Positions 50,066 through 63,105 of a stretch of 64,000 bases of DNA are shown here, in pieces. Under the pieces are notes generated by a model, which was not told the DNA's origin, ran no database searches, and saw nothing but the letters and a program-made list of their open reading frames with translations. Source of the stretch: Felis catus (Eukaryota); assembly GCF_018350175.1 (NCBI RefSeq), contig NC_058368.1:48548001-48612000 (forward strand), in the 5' to 3' direction. Position 1 is the stretch's first letter, and every line of letters begins with the position of its first letter. A program made the translations under genes and the position numbers.

Positions 50066-52399
50066 GAAGCAATGTCTGTACAGCCATCTGTGTTGTCATC
50101 CATGTAAGAAATACCGCTCTTCAATCAATGGCCCAGATATTGAACAAGAAAACAACAGGATTTCCCAAAATTGAGACCACGAAATAGACAGATGACTCTC
50201 TCGTTTACTCATGCTCAGGTGCCTTTGGGTTGTTCTCCAAACCCCTTCAAAATCAAGCCATGATATAAAATGGGGAAATGGCACATTTCCAACAACAGTT
50301 AATATCTCATCAATTTCCCAACTAAAAGATCACTTTAACTCTACCAAATAGGTTTGTAAATATATCCAGTAAGTCTTCTCAAAGCACAGAAGTTTTAAAG
50401 GCCACTGTCCTCATCAAAAATTCATCACACATGGGTTTCGGTCCTTACTTTCCTAGCTTCAAAAATGATTCTCCATTGTCGGGTGAAGAAGCAGAAAAGA
50501 GCTGGTAACTTACTTCAATACCAAAAAAAAAAAAAAAAAAAAAAAAACAAACCACAAAAAAACAAAAAACCATGAGAAAGAAGAAAAGACACAGAATATT
50601 ACATATTACATTTTGGAAAAAAAGTTTAGATTTAATTTTACAAACAAATACTGCTGCCTGTAGTATTAGCAAATATTCATCTATGAATGGTGAGTCTGGA
50701 GAAACTGTAGCAAAAGAGAATGATTTTCTAAATTGTTACTTTCTAACTCTTGTTTTCTCCCCTAAAATTTCCTAAAAGGAATTCTAAGCTTCCTTTGTAA
50801 CTCAAAGGAAGGACCCTGGACAACAGAAACGGCCAGAATGAAAGTGGATGCGACCCAACTTAATGAAAAAGGAGTTACACTTCAGAATAATGACCTCCGG
50901 GTATGGGCATTATATTACCCAGTAGTAACAGGCCGCTAGCTCTTCATCACATCTTAAATGATCTATTAGGTTCTCAATCTTAAAAGGTTAGTGTTTAATA
51001 CATTCTAAATACTTCAGGACCCATAAGTACACTTGTTGCTAGTTCCTCTGAAAATCCCTTTACGTATCTTTAAATAGAGACAGAGAAACAAGTTTCGAAG
51101 GTGTTTATGGACGCCTGACTTGTCAGGGTATTTCACTTTCTGCCCCAAGGTAATTTAGTTGCTCTGTTTCAAGCAAATTGAATTCTGGTAATGGTACTGC
51201 CAGCCCATCTGGAATTCTGACTTCTAGATTCAGTTTTACAAATCACTGCTTCATTAGCTGTGATCTTGTGTTTTCAAGGGCTGATTAAAAAAAAAAAAAG
51301 TCAAGTAATAAGGTTTATATACATATTCATGTAACTTTTAAAGCCGATTAGGGAACCCGACAGGCAGGCTTGGTGCATTTAAGTTGAAGGTATTACGTAA
51401 CCGATCCATCCTGGCCGTCCTGTGCATCAAGGTTTTTGATATATAAGTTGCCTTTTTTCATTTAAAGTTATTTCTGTTTTATCTGCTGCAGTGAGTTATC
51501 TTGGGAACTAAAAATATTTGAAGGTTAATCTAAATATTTCTGGAGATAAATGCAAATCTAAGTGCTACGTTTTCATAGCTATTTTGACTTAAAATGAAAA
51601 GAGATGCTGAAGACACAAAGCAGGGAGCTTGTTGCTAGGTGACAGGTGACATCTACCGTATCTTCTGAACTTGTACAGCATGAGACATCTTACTGCTGAG
51701 AAAAGACACACAGATTTATGTGGCACAAACATCATTTTCTATATGGAAGCAAACTCGTGTTCAGATATTCTTTAACATAGGCTGTGAGGAGTCAGCAATT
51801 TATGTCTATATGAATATCCAATTTTAGAGATGCCTCTCAGCACAAATAGGAAAACAGTTCTTTATTTTCCACTTGGGGTATATGGTTTTACCTTCTAAAT
51901 AACGTCTACATAGGAAATACATATAATTTTCATGATTTGTAATTAAAGAGTGACCGTTATTTTTTGTACCTCACTTTATGCATTTTCAAACTTTTAAATC
52001 ACCTCAAGTAGGATAGGTGGAGTCCACAGAGAAAGCATTATTTCTATAATAAGTAATCCAATTTCCATTAAGTTTATTAATGGAAAATTAAGAGCAGCAT
52101 AGCAAAGACCTGATGAATTAAAAAAGAAAATACAAAAAACTTCAATGTAGATTATTTCCTGGGTATATTTTACAATTACACACCTACTTTCTACAGTTAC
52201 CTCCCTTCCCTGAGCACAAAGTTCCACCCCTGTTCTTTGACTCATCAGGCAATTCAAGTGACGATATGCAGACATCAAGAACTCTTCTATACCCAGAATT
52301 TCAGGATCTCACGAGAATAAACGGCATGCTCTACTCCATCTGAGAAAGGTTGCGTGCTGCCGTGGAAAGGATCCAAACACAAACCCAGACAGAATCAAC

Positions 52400-52595
52400 A
52401 CCAGCGCTAGCACTTGGCAAAAATGTGCCTTAGGGCAAGCTGTCTAACTTTCATATGGCCCTGTTCCTCATTTGTTCAAGTTATATCATAAAATCTCCCT
52501 TTTTAGGGGACAGGGGCTACCAACACTGAAAACAAGAATGGATACAATGTATACACCAGAAAATCTGGCACAAGCTAGTTACTCAACAGATGTCC
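52400..52595 (+). mobile_element. MIR
   Basis: tgtgccttagggcaagctgtctaactttcatatggccctgttcctcatttg...tctggcacaagctagttactcaacagatg. Confidence 0.55.
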
Positions 52596-54847
52596 ATACC
52601 ATCCCTATCCCTTATACTTGCAATCAAGCACCCAATGGTCAAGGAACAATGAACAATGGTCAAGGAACAATGACCTACTGGAATCCAAGTTACACTTCCT
52701 CGACACCACTGTCAACCACGGTTGTGCGTTTTCTACAGGAAGGTCCTGGGAATACACACGAGACAGAATCTCCACACTAGGCTCTCACAATACAGTGTCT
52801 CCAATTCATCAATTAAGAGAATTCAATGATGTAACTGCTAATAGAAATAGGAGAAAGGGCATCCAAGGTCCTTAATAACCTAAATTCAATAATAATCCCT
52901 ATGGAATTCTATTAGTTACATAGAAATCAACTGAAAATTCTCTGCTTTTAAAATTGTTCTTCTCTGTTTCCAGCTTTATGTTTCTCTGATTATGCTTCCC
53001 ACCCAAGAATGTTTCACTATCAACAAGAACAGACAATACAGAAAGAGCAAACTTTAAGAATTAAGGTCCCACTTGGAGGAAGGTATGCCTCAAAGCTTGA
53101 GCAATCATTTAAGAACAGAGTTCACTGAATAAACAGCCCATTTTCAGAAGGAAGAGGTAAAGCAAAAAGCACACTGACATGGAAATTACTCTTTTAATCT
53201 GTTTTCGGCTTCCACTACACCGCATCATTCTATGCAGAGAACAAATAAACCTTTACAAGAAAGTAACCATAGCAAATGAATTAAGCATTTCTTTTACATA
53301 TATTGTGCTCAATAGAATGGTTTGAAAAGTAATTTGTGCTATGCTCATATTCAAGCGTAATTGTCATTTTATCGGGACTGCACAGTCAAAAATCTGATTT
53401 GTATTGTAAAGGACTGACAAGATGATTAAATTTTGTCTTCATATGTCTAATTTACGTGATTTAGACTGCAACGCAAATATGAGCATGTGCAATTTGTACT
53501 TGCACATCAAACCAAGGCAGAGAACACGCCACTCTGCCAAAAGTAACTTGGCCACACACATTTGCATTCCCATACGAAGAACACGGACAACCTTCTCTTA
53601 ATCCTTTCCCTCAGGATCCTTTCTATCATGCTAAACATACTAAAATCCCTGGAGTTTTTAAGGGGCTGGTGGGAGAAATGAAATAATAGGGTGCCAGTTC
53701 ACTTCCCAACATTTTATGGAAGTATAATGTGGTTGTGTGATGTATACATAAAAAAGCAAGCTGACAATTTTGAAAACAAATGAAAAGAAAATCATGATAA
53801 ACACATATTTGGTACCAATTAAAAATGCATAATTCACACAAGCCTAAGAATTTCTCTACTATTTCACTTCAGTGGGTGTTGTCTGACCACAACAAGGCAT
53901 ATATATTATGGGGTCATTACAAATTTTAGACACTAAGGATCTCTGACAGAGGCGAGAAAAATAAGTTGCCTTATTCAGTATGCAGTATACATATTTGGCT
54001 TTCCTATTAATTATTGCCTTCTATGTTTAACTTGCCAATACTAAGCAAGATAAATTCCATTCAAATGCATAGTAAACAGTTTGCTTAGGGAGTACATTTA
54101 TTTTCTAGTCCATCACAACAATAGTTGATTAAAATATGTTGCTCTTATCCAGTTTTGAATTAATTCATGTGAAATAAAACAAATATTTATTAAATTGTGG
54201 GGAAAACATTCCATCAAACTGTAAAACCTGAGTAGAAAAACAAATGGCACACATTTAATTACAGTTGACATTTAAATGAAATTTGCAATCTCAAAATATT
54301 TAACAATAATTAGAAAATATCAGACTTGAGATATTTTTAGGGTGCTTTTATGTGTAATCTCTCCAAATATCTGAACCCAGAGGAATTTAAGATATGCAGA
54401 TTTTAAAACAGGATGTGAAAGATGGATCAAAGAACTTAATAGATCTGTGCTACTGACATTTTGATACAGTGATACAGAAACACGAGGATTTATTTGGTAT
54501 TTTTAATGAATGTCTTACAGGTCTTGCCGTGTGCCTTACTGAACAAGAGTTCTGTCCAGCTGAACTCATCAATCCAGTTTGTGCATTCAGACATCACAAT
54601 CATTACCCTATATAGCTCATAATCTGGTCCACCACAGATAGCTAGCTGTCATAATAAATACACTATCAATTAGTATTTCTCAATGATGACCAAATTAGTA
54701 AGCCGTCAAATGGGCTGCATAACCATATGCTTCTCTCATGACTAAATAATAACAGAAAATCAAAATACTATTTGTTGAGAATGACACGATATATTAGGTT
54801 GATCGCTGTTTACAAGGTTCAAAGACTCCTTTAAAACCTGAAAAATA

Positions 54848-55071
54848 GGGGCGCCTGGGTGGCTCAGTCGGTTAAGCGTCCGACTTCAGCTCAGGTCACG
54901 ATCTCGCAGTCCGTGAGTTCGAGCCCCGCATCGGGCTCTGGGCTGATGGCTCGGAGCCTGGAGCCTGCTTCCAATTCTGTGTCTCCCTCTCTCTGCCCCT
55001 GCCCCGTTCATGCTCTGTCTCTCTCTGTCTCAAAAATAAATAAAACATTAAAAAAAAAATTTAAAAAAAAA
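54848..55071 (+). mobile_element. Young felid CanSINE
   Basis: TSD aaaacctgaaaaata at 54833-54847 and 55072-55086; CpGs mostly intact. Confidence 0.97.
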
Positions 55072-55174
55072 AAAACCTGAAAAATACTGAAATTGGAAAT
55101 CAACACAAATCTAATCCAAGTAATTGCTAGCAGATGATGAAGGTCCACTGACTTTTAATAGTAATTTCTATTAC

Positions 55175-55285
55175 TATATATATATATGTGTATATATATA
55201 TATACGTATATATATATATAGTATATATATGTACAACGTATACTGTATATATATGTACAACATACATATACCATATATATAAATA
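55175..55285 (+). repeat. (TA)n-rich low-complexity repeat
   Basis: Seen directly. Confidence 0.85.
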
Positions 55286-56591
55286 TAATTCTATTATTAA
55301 TTCATCCACAAATTGCCCGTATGCCACAGTACCTGATTTAGAGGAGCTCACAGAAAACAAAGGTGCAACAAATATAAGTAAAATAATTATAACAATGATA
55401 GCTACCAGCCACTGAATATTTACCATATGTTTAACACTGACTAGGTGCTTTTATTATTTAATAAATTCATGTATAAAGCATATGACCTAGGGTTTAATTC
55501 CCATGTTTTACAATAAAAATAACTGTGATCGAAGTCCATACTCTCTAACCTGTATCAAGTCACCTCCTGAGGAACCCCACAGCAGCTTTGAGGAAAGAAC
55601 GACGTATCCTGGGAAGTTGAGGGAGCCCGCTGAGACTTCACAGAGGATAAAACAAAGTTGAGTCTTGAAAAGTGGGAAAGCAGAGACATATCAGGGAAAG
55701 GAGAGGTACTGGGAATTAGTACATTTCAATCTGAGTTTCAGGACACTCCTATGGGGGAACATCCTAGAAACTGGCGTATCTACACGAGCCAGCCCAGGCT
55801 ACCTAAAGAGGGGCTCTAATATGGAAAAGAAGCCTGTCATTTGGAAAGACTTACTTCAAGTAAATAATAAAAACAATCCTGCAAGTGTGACTTCTTGTGT
55901 CTCAAGGAGGCTGTCTTACAGTGTAAAGGGAATTATATGATGTATGCTAAATCAGGAACACTAAAGCGATTTCAAGAACGTAACGCTACAAAAAATGACT
56001 CTAAAAGATTTTTCTCATGAACTTTGTTATGTTCTGTAATTGAAGGTATTTCTAAACATCTCCAACACTCATAAATAAAATATTTCAAAATATTTATTCA
56101 ATTATGAATCCATGAAAATATGCCCACAGAGAGTAAACACACGTGTGTGTGCATGTGTGCAGACACACAGAGAGCCAAGCACTAGTTAAAAACTCTGACT
56201 GGAGAAATATTCCTGAAGTGGATGGAAGTTACATAGTTTATCTTTTTAAAAAAAACACTCCAGAAATTTAAATGATTTTGAAAAATAATGGTGTAGCAGC
56301 CAAGGAGTATCAAAAGCATTTTGAAAAATACTCTCGAAACAAAAGTTGGCCATGTGCAGCCTTAAAACCTATTTGGAGACATACATAAAACTAAAACACT
56401 AAAACCAGGATTAGCCCTATAAGTAAATAATATATGGATTAACCTCCATTCTAATTTTTAAGAAATGTTCACAAGTGAAGCAACTATCAAATAATTATCA
56501 TGAGTATGCAGGTTCCCTGCTCACCTGTATTTCCCCAATATGCATGGGGAATGTATTTAATTTAAATACAGTATCATTCAAAAAAACATCT

Positions 56592-56820
56592 GGGGCACCC
56601 AGGTGGCTCAGTCAGTTAAGCTTCTGACTTCAGTTCAGGTCATGATCTCATGGTACATGAGTTCGAGCCCTACATCGGGCTCTGCACTGACAGTGTAGAG
56701 CCTGCTTAGGATTCTCTCCCTATCTCCCTCTGCCCCTCCCCCACTTGCATATGCACACGCTCTCTCCCCCTCTCTTGCTCTCTCTCTCTCTCAAAATAAA
56801 TAAATAAAACTTTAAAAAAT
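56592..56820 (+). mobile_element. CanSINE
   Basis: ggggcacccaggtggctcagtcagttaagcttctgacttcag...aaaataaataaataaaac. Confidence 0.93.
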
Positions 56821-57019
56821 CCTCTGATTTTTTAAAAGACAGTCCTTTAAATACTCTAACTTTACTCCCAAAGGTGGCTAACTACATCTTGGGAAATACA
56901 ATGAGGGAAAGCTGCTGGCCAAAGAACTGAATTCAAATTGTTCTCTGAGTACAATGGTATTAATTCTCAGTAGTAGAGGAAGAGGAGGAGGAGGAGGTGG
57001 AGGAGAAAGAATGGTTATA

Positions 57020-57240
57020 GCATCAGCAAACACACTGATTTCCACATGCTAGGAACTGTTCTAACTTCTAACTACTCTATTTGTATATTCCTCACACCCT
57101 TGTGAGGTAGGTGGTATTATTGTCCTCATTTTACAGATGTGGTAACACACAAGCTAAGTAATCTGCTTACTAAGCAGCAGATCCAGGATTTTAAAATAAG
57201 CAGTTAAGATTTAGTCTTCATAATTTTAAATATTATGCTA
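57020..57240 (-). mobile_element. MIR
   Basis: tgtgaggtaggtggtattattgtcctcattttacagatgtggtaac. Confidence 0.75.
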
Positions 57241-57521
57241 TGATGGTTCTTATAAACTTGGTATTATCCTGCATGCAATGGCGTCTCTGTTTGTGGAAAA
57301 TAAATAAGCAAGCCAACTGAAACAAGATAGTTTTGCTATTTTCCTCTTAAACAGATTAAAATGAGTATTTCTGAATTAAAAGCACAATCTCAAAGCCTTT
57401 TCCAATCAAAGAAAGGGAAAATATATTCCAAATCTGATTGTCATTTTAAATCTTGCCCAATACGCCAATAAAGCCAATGTTTTCAAAGGTTTTTCACCTA
57501 ATTAAAAAATAACACGTTCGT

Positions 57522-57733
57522 GGGGCGTCTGGGTGGCGCAGTCGGTTAAGCGTCTGACTTCAGCCAGGTCACAATCTCGCGGTCCGGGAGTTCGAGCCCC
57601 GCGTCGGGCTCTGGGCTGATGGCTCAGAGCCTGGAGCCTGTTTCCTATTCTGTGTCTCCCTCTCTCTCTGCCCCTCCCCCGTTCATGCTCTGTCTCTCTC
57701 TGTCCCAAAAATAAAAAATAAAACGAAAAAAAA
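57522..57733 (+). mobile_element. Young felid CanSINE
   Basis: TSD aaaaaataacacgttc(g/a)t at 57504-57521 and 57734-57751. Confidence 0.97.
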
Positions 57734-59819
57734 AAAAAATAACACGTTCATTAACTCATCTAAGTTTTTGGAGATTTTAAGATTTTAGAATTTTTGTACA
57801 CTCTTCTACATGTAACCGAAGATTACAATGAAAATCCTTTCTTCCTCTTCCTCACCAGAGATACCTAAATATATGCAAAGATACAAAAGAAACTTAACTT
57901 TTCACATCAGAAATAACCTGTATTTTTGATAATGTATCCAATGTAAAATAGCCCCCTCTGACAATGCATTTCAAAGGAGTATTTCTGACCTGTGTCGGAG
58001 TCTGCTACCTCAAACAGCTATTAAAATACTTAATTTGAAAGATTAATTTATCCTAATCTTGGCTAAATATGTTTCCATCAGCTCAAGGTCCTTAAATGCA
58101 ACTAAATACATTAGTTTCTTTTCTGATTCTGAAGATATTAAACATAGCCTAATACTGAACAATCTCAATAAATTAACCAAATAACAAAAAGCTTATGCTC
58201 GTACATAAAGCTAAGCAGAAATAAATCATGCTTTTCAACAGTTCGTTTTCTAAAATACTATTAATATAACAAATAAATTTTATATTAATATATAATATAA
58301 AGTCCCTACATAATCATATGTACTGTTATTAATTCTCTCATTTATATAATAAATATTCTTTTCAATCACTAGTGATTCAGAAATGAAAAAGCCCTCACAT
58401 ATCATATATGTTAAAACTAAAAAAAAAGGCTGGAGGCGGCCTGCTGCTATTTGAGAAACCACGGAGCCTGCTAAAAAAGCACTGGTAAATCTGGGGAACG
58501 GGAGATACCAGGTGTTGTGGTTTGACACCTACTTCATCTCTGCAAAAGCTCATGATATGGAGGATGAAAATAATTACATTTTGTTCGTGAGAACCAAGGA
58601 AATGACAACTTGCTAGTAATCAAGAATAGGGTTAAAATGAAGTACACACACAAATCTGTAGTTCAACTTTAATTTGCAAACAGCATTCAACCGGCACTCA
58701 CCTAAACGAACACAAGGGTCACACAAGAGACCTTTCTGGATGCCAATCTTTGTCTGAAACATACTCATTTCCTTCAACTTGAAGGTTGCTGATTGCTTAC
58801 TTCCATAATAGCATTTCTTTGATTTTCACTCATAACTCTCCAGTTTCAATTGCTTCAACTTTCAGGTTCACAAAATGCTTTATGACACACAGAGGATAGT
58901 TATCTTCCAAAATTCTCCCTGGTTTTAAGATGATGTGCTTTCCTTTGATCTCTGAGGAAGTTCAATGACCAGAGACTCAATTATTATTCCCAAATGAATA
59001 TCTCTAAACCTAATTTCCCACCAAAATGTGACTCTTTTTTCCACATAGGTATCACTGAATAATCTAACAAACACTTAGGTTCTTAGGATTTTTATCCATA
59101 TATTCTTATCATGTCTGGAATGGTGAGAGACACTAGAGATTTGCAGCCAAAATAGCTCCCTTACACACAATTGGTTTACCATCTTAACCACAGGCAGAAA
59201 GCCTCACTTACTAGCACCCAATATGGAAGTCATTATTCTTTCTCCCCTTCAAATCCTTTTCCCAGTTTCTCATTGCAATTTGTGAAACCATTAACATCCA
59301 GACCCTAGGACCTTGTTTATGAATCAATTTTAAGTTTCTTTTCTAACCAACATATAACAACAATCCTGCTTATTTTTTTCCGAAACCAGAATCTTCCAGT
59401 TGACTTCTGTAATTTTCCTTCACCACCTCAGCTCCCTTAGGCCCTCATTTAACAAATCTGGATTATTGTCAATCTATGTTGTCTCTAGCCTCTGCTCTTT
59501 CCAGTGCACATTACAAAACAGACGAATACTTAAAATATTTCATCACGTTACTCCTGGTCTCAAGAATTTGTTATTTATAATTGCAATGTCTAAATTTCTG
59601 TCGATGACCATGACCCTTCAAGAGAAGCTGAGGTTTCTTCTCCTTCCTCTAGGAGGAGTTTCATCACTCCCTCCAGGCAAATTCCTTCAGCAGGCTCACC
59701 TCTTCACATAAACACAAAAAAGCATTTGATAAAATGAACACACGGTAATCACTGTTTAACAATCAACCTTAGACTGTAGAAAAAGAAGAAAACTGCATTA
59801 ACTTGAAGAGTATCTATTT

Positions 59820-60026
59820 TTTTTTTAATGTTTATTTATTTTTTGAGGGGGAAGAGAGAGAAAGAGAGGAAGAGAGAACAAGCAGGGGAGGGCCAGAGGA
59901 CCTAAAGCAGGCTCTGTGCTGACAGCAGAGAGCTTGATGCAGGGCCTGAACCCAAGAACCATGATCTCACCTGAGATCATGACCTGAGCCAAAGTCGGAC
60001 ACCCAACTGAAGGAGCCACCCAGGTG
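59820..60026 (-). mobile_element. CanSINE
   Basis: TSD cttgaagagtatctattt at 59802-59819 and 60027-60044. Confidence 0.94.
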
Positions 60027-60654
60027 CTTGAAGAGTATCTATTTAAAAACCTACCACAAACATCACCTTTAATGGTGAAATGTTAAAGTTTTCCCCCATT
60101 GAAATCAGAAAAAGGATATTTGTTACCACTATGTCGATACAACTTATGTTGTAGGTTTCATCCAGTATCATAAAGAATAAATAATTTTTTAATACAGATA
60201 ATGAAAGGAAAAAGTAAAATTGTGATTATTCACAGGATAATTATTCACAGAAAGACTGTACTAACAGAAAATCCAAAGAATCTACAATCACAAAATTAAT
60301 ATTAACACATGAATTTATTAGCAAAGTCAATACACAAATATCAATACACCAGAAAATAAAACCCTATAATTATAAATTTAAAAGCCAACAAAATTTTTCA
60401 CATTAAAGAATTGAACAACTAAAAATATGAAAGACCTTGAAAACATCTACCTTGAAAAAAACAAAACATTATTGAGAGACATTAAAGAAGTCCTAAACAC
60501 ATGGAGGGCTAAACCATGTTCATGGGAGGGAAAACTCAGTATTAAAATGTAAATTCTCCTTCAATTGATCTGTAGATTCAATAAAAATTGAATCTACTAT
60601 TTGTGTGTATATTCGTGTGTGCGCGCGCGCAGTAGAAACAGATTCCAAATTTTA

Positions 60655-60842
60655 CTTTTTTTAATGTTTATATATTTATTAAGAGAGAGAGAGCACGGGG
60701 GAGGAGCAGAGAGACAGGGAGAGAGGGAATCCCAAGCAGGCTCCACGTTTTCAGCACAGAGCCCCATGCAGGACTCAATCCCACAAACCGTGAGATAATG
60801 ACCTGAGCCAAAATCAAGAGTCGGTCACTTAACTGGTGCCCC
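60655..60842 (-). mobile_element. CanSINE with a deletion in the A-box region
   Basis: TSD (c)agattccaaatttta at 60639-60654 and 60843-60858. 5' end reads GGGGCACCAGTTAAG. Confidence 0.93.
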
Positions 60843-62602
60843 CAGATTCCAAATTTTAAGTCAACATGGAAAGAAATAAGAATAGCCTTGGTGATCTTAA
60901 AGAAAAAGGACAAAGTTGGGGAACTTATATTCTCATATCTCGACTTATAATAAAGTTCTAATAATTAAAATATTTTCAAAATATATAGGCCTAGATAAAC
61001 TGATCAGTAAGGTCACACATCACTGAAAACTTAATTGAGATAAAGGTGGTACTGTCCTGCAACTAGGAAAGATGCCTTTGTCAATAAATGGTACTCAGTC
61101 AACAGAATGCCATGCTGGGAAAAAATGTGAATTTTGACCTCTACCTCACAACATACACAAAAATCTATTCCAGGTAAATGCAGATACAAATATGAAAGGT
61201 AAAATAATAAAGCTTCTAGAAACAAAAGTAGAGAAGAAAATCATAATCTTGTGAGGGGCAGATATTCCTCAAACAGGATACCCAAAGCACTAATCATAAA
61301 TTATAGACTAATAAAATGGACAATATTAAAATCGAGAACTTCTCTTCATCAAAATACATTATAGAAAGAATGGAAAGGCAACATGCACAGAAAAGATATT
61401 TGCAATACATATATCTGACAAAATATCCAGAATATATAAAGAAAGTCTACAGATCAATAAAAAATTACAGAAAACTCAATAGAAAAGATAAGCAAACAAT
61501 TTGAAATGGGACTCTATGAAAATGGCCAATAAACACATGAAAATATTCTCAACCTCTTTGGTCATCATGCAAATGTAAACTCAATCACAATGAAATACCA
61601 CTGCAAACACATCAGAAAGCCTAAAGTTAACAAAACTGACAGCACCAAGTTCTAGTGATGATGTGGAAGAACTAAAACTCTCATATACTGTTGATATTAA
61701 GGGTAAACTATATACCTAATTAGAAAGCCATCAGTTTTTCTAAAGCTGAACATTTACATATCTAATTACCCAGTAATTCCACTGCCTATCCCTCCGTACA
61801 TACCCAACATAATTAAGTATATACATTCACAAAGTACATTTATGAGAAGATCACAGCTGACCTATGTGTAATAGCCAAAACTATATAAAACCCAAATGTT
61901 CATCAACAACAGAATGAATAAATTGTGGCATATTCAAATAATGATATATTACATAGCAAGGAGAAGTAATGAATATGAAAAATAAAATTCGTAACACAAT
62001 ATGGAATAAAATTAATCCACTTAAAAACCAGTTACAATGGGGCAAGTATGATTCCATTCACATAAGATTCAAAAAAGGCAAAACTAATTGATGGTGGTTG
62101 CATGTGGAGGGTACTAAGAGATACAAGGGAGACTTCGAGGTTGGTAATGGTTGGTAGTAGGTATATCAGTGTGTCCAACTACGAAAATTTACAGAGGCAC
62201 ACCCTATGACTTACATAATTTTTGCACATATTTTATTTCATAAAAGCTAACTTAAAACTTTTTTCCTACATGAGAAAAGTTGGTCATACCAATGTGTAAT
62301 TTTAAGTCAGATTATCCAAGTTATTGAGTGCTGTCCAGTGTATGCACAGTCATTCCCAAGTGAGCTGTCACTTACAGACCAATTATCAAGTGGGAAGCTA
62401 CATGAGGCATTCTTGGCCACAGGGAGGCAAGCAATTAGAAACACACCTGATACTCCAACTCTCTCGAATAACCTTGACACCTAGCAGCAGTTTTTAATGC
62501 AAGCAAATTATATGATGTGTTTTCTTTGGAGTTTCTGCTGTTCATAGCAATATGCTGAATTCTTGTAACTGACCACTCAACATTTATGTCAAATTAGATG
62601 GA

Positions 62603-63036
62603 GGGGTCCCTAGGTGAATTAGCTGTTGGGTGTCTGACTTCGGCTCAGGTCATGATCTCACAGTTTGTGAGTTCCAGCCCTGCATGGGGCTCCATGCTGT
62701 CAGTACAGACCCCACTTCAGATCCTTTGTACCCCTCTCTCTCTCTGCCCATCACCCGCTCTCAAAAATAAACATTTTTGGGGCACCTGGGTGGCGCAGTC
62801 GGTTAAGCGTCCGACTTCAGCCAGGTCACGATCTCGTGGTCCGGGAGTTCGAGCCCCGCGTCGGGCTCTGGGCTGATGGCTCGGAGCCTGGAGCCTGTTT
62901 CCGATTCTGTGTCTCCCTCTCTCTCTGCCCCTCCCCCATTCATGCTCTGTCTCTCTCTGTCCCAAAAATAAATAAACATTGAAAAAAAAAATTTAAAAAT
63001 AAAAAAATAAATAAATAAACATTTTTTTTTAAACAC
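62603..63036 (+). mobile_element. Older CanSINE with a young felid CanSINE (62779-63012) nested in its tail
   Basis: Outer TSD ttagatggag at 62594-62603 and 63037-63046. Inner TSD aaataaacattttt at 62765-62778 and 63013-63026. Confidence 0.93.
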
Positions 63037-63105
63037 TTAGATGGAGAAAACAATCCAATCCTTCTTCCTTAACTTTATAGTACTGCAATACTACCATTAA
63101 CTATT

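Larger units (their letters stand above)
59715..62245 (+). mobile_element. Old L1 (L1M/L1ME-type) ORF2 3' half plus 3'UTR, with two SINE insertions
   Basis: aaaagcatttgataaaat, aaaatggccaataaacacatgaaaa, tatgattccattcacataagattcaaaaaaggcaaaactaatt. Confidence 0.8.

Noticed and set aside
50508..50570. Long U tract followed by GAAGTAAGT on the gene strand, as a possible recursive site
   Set aside because: AG and GT share a single G, so this is not an AG|GT junction.
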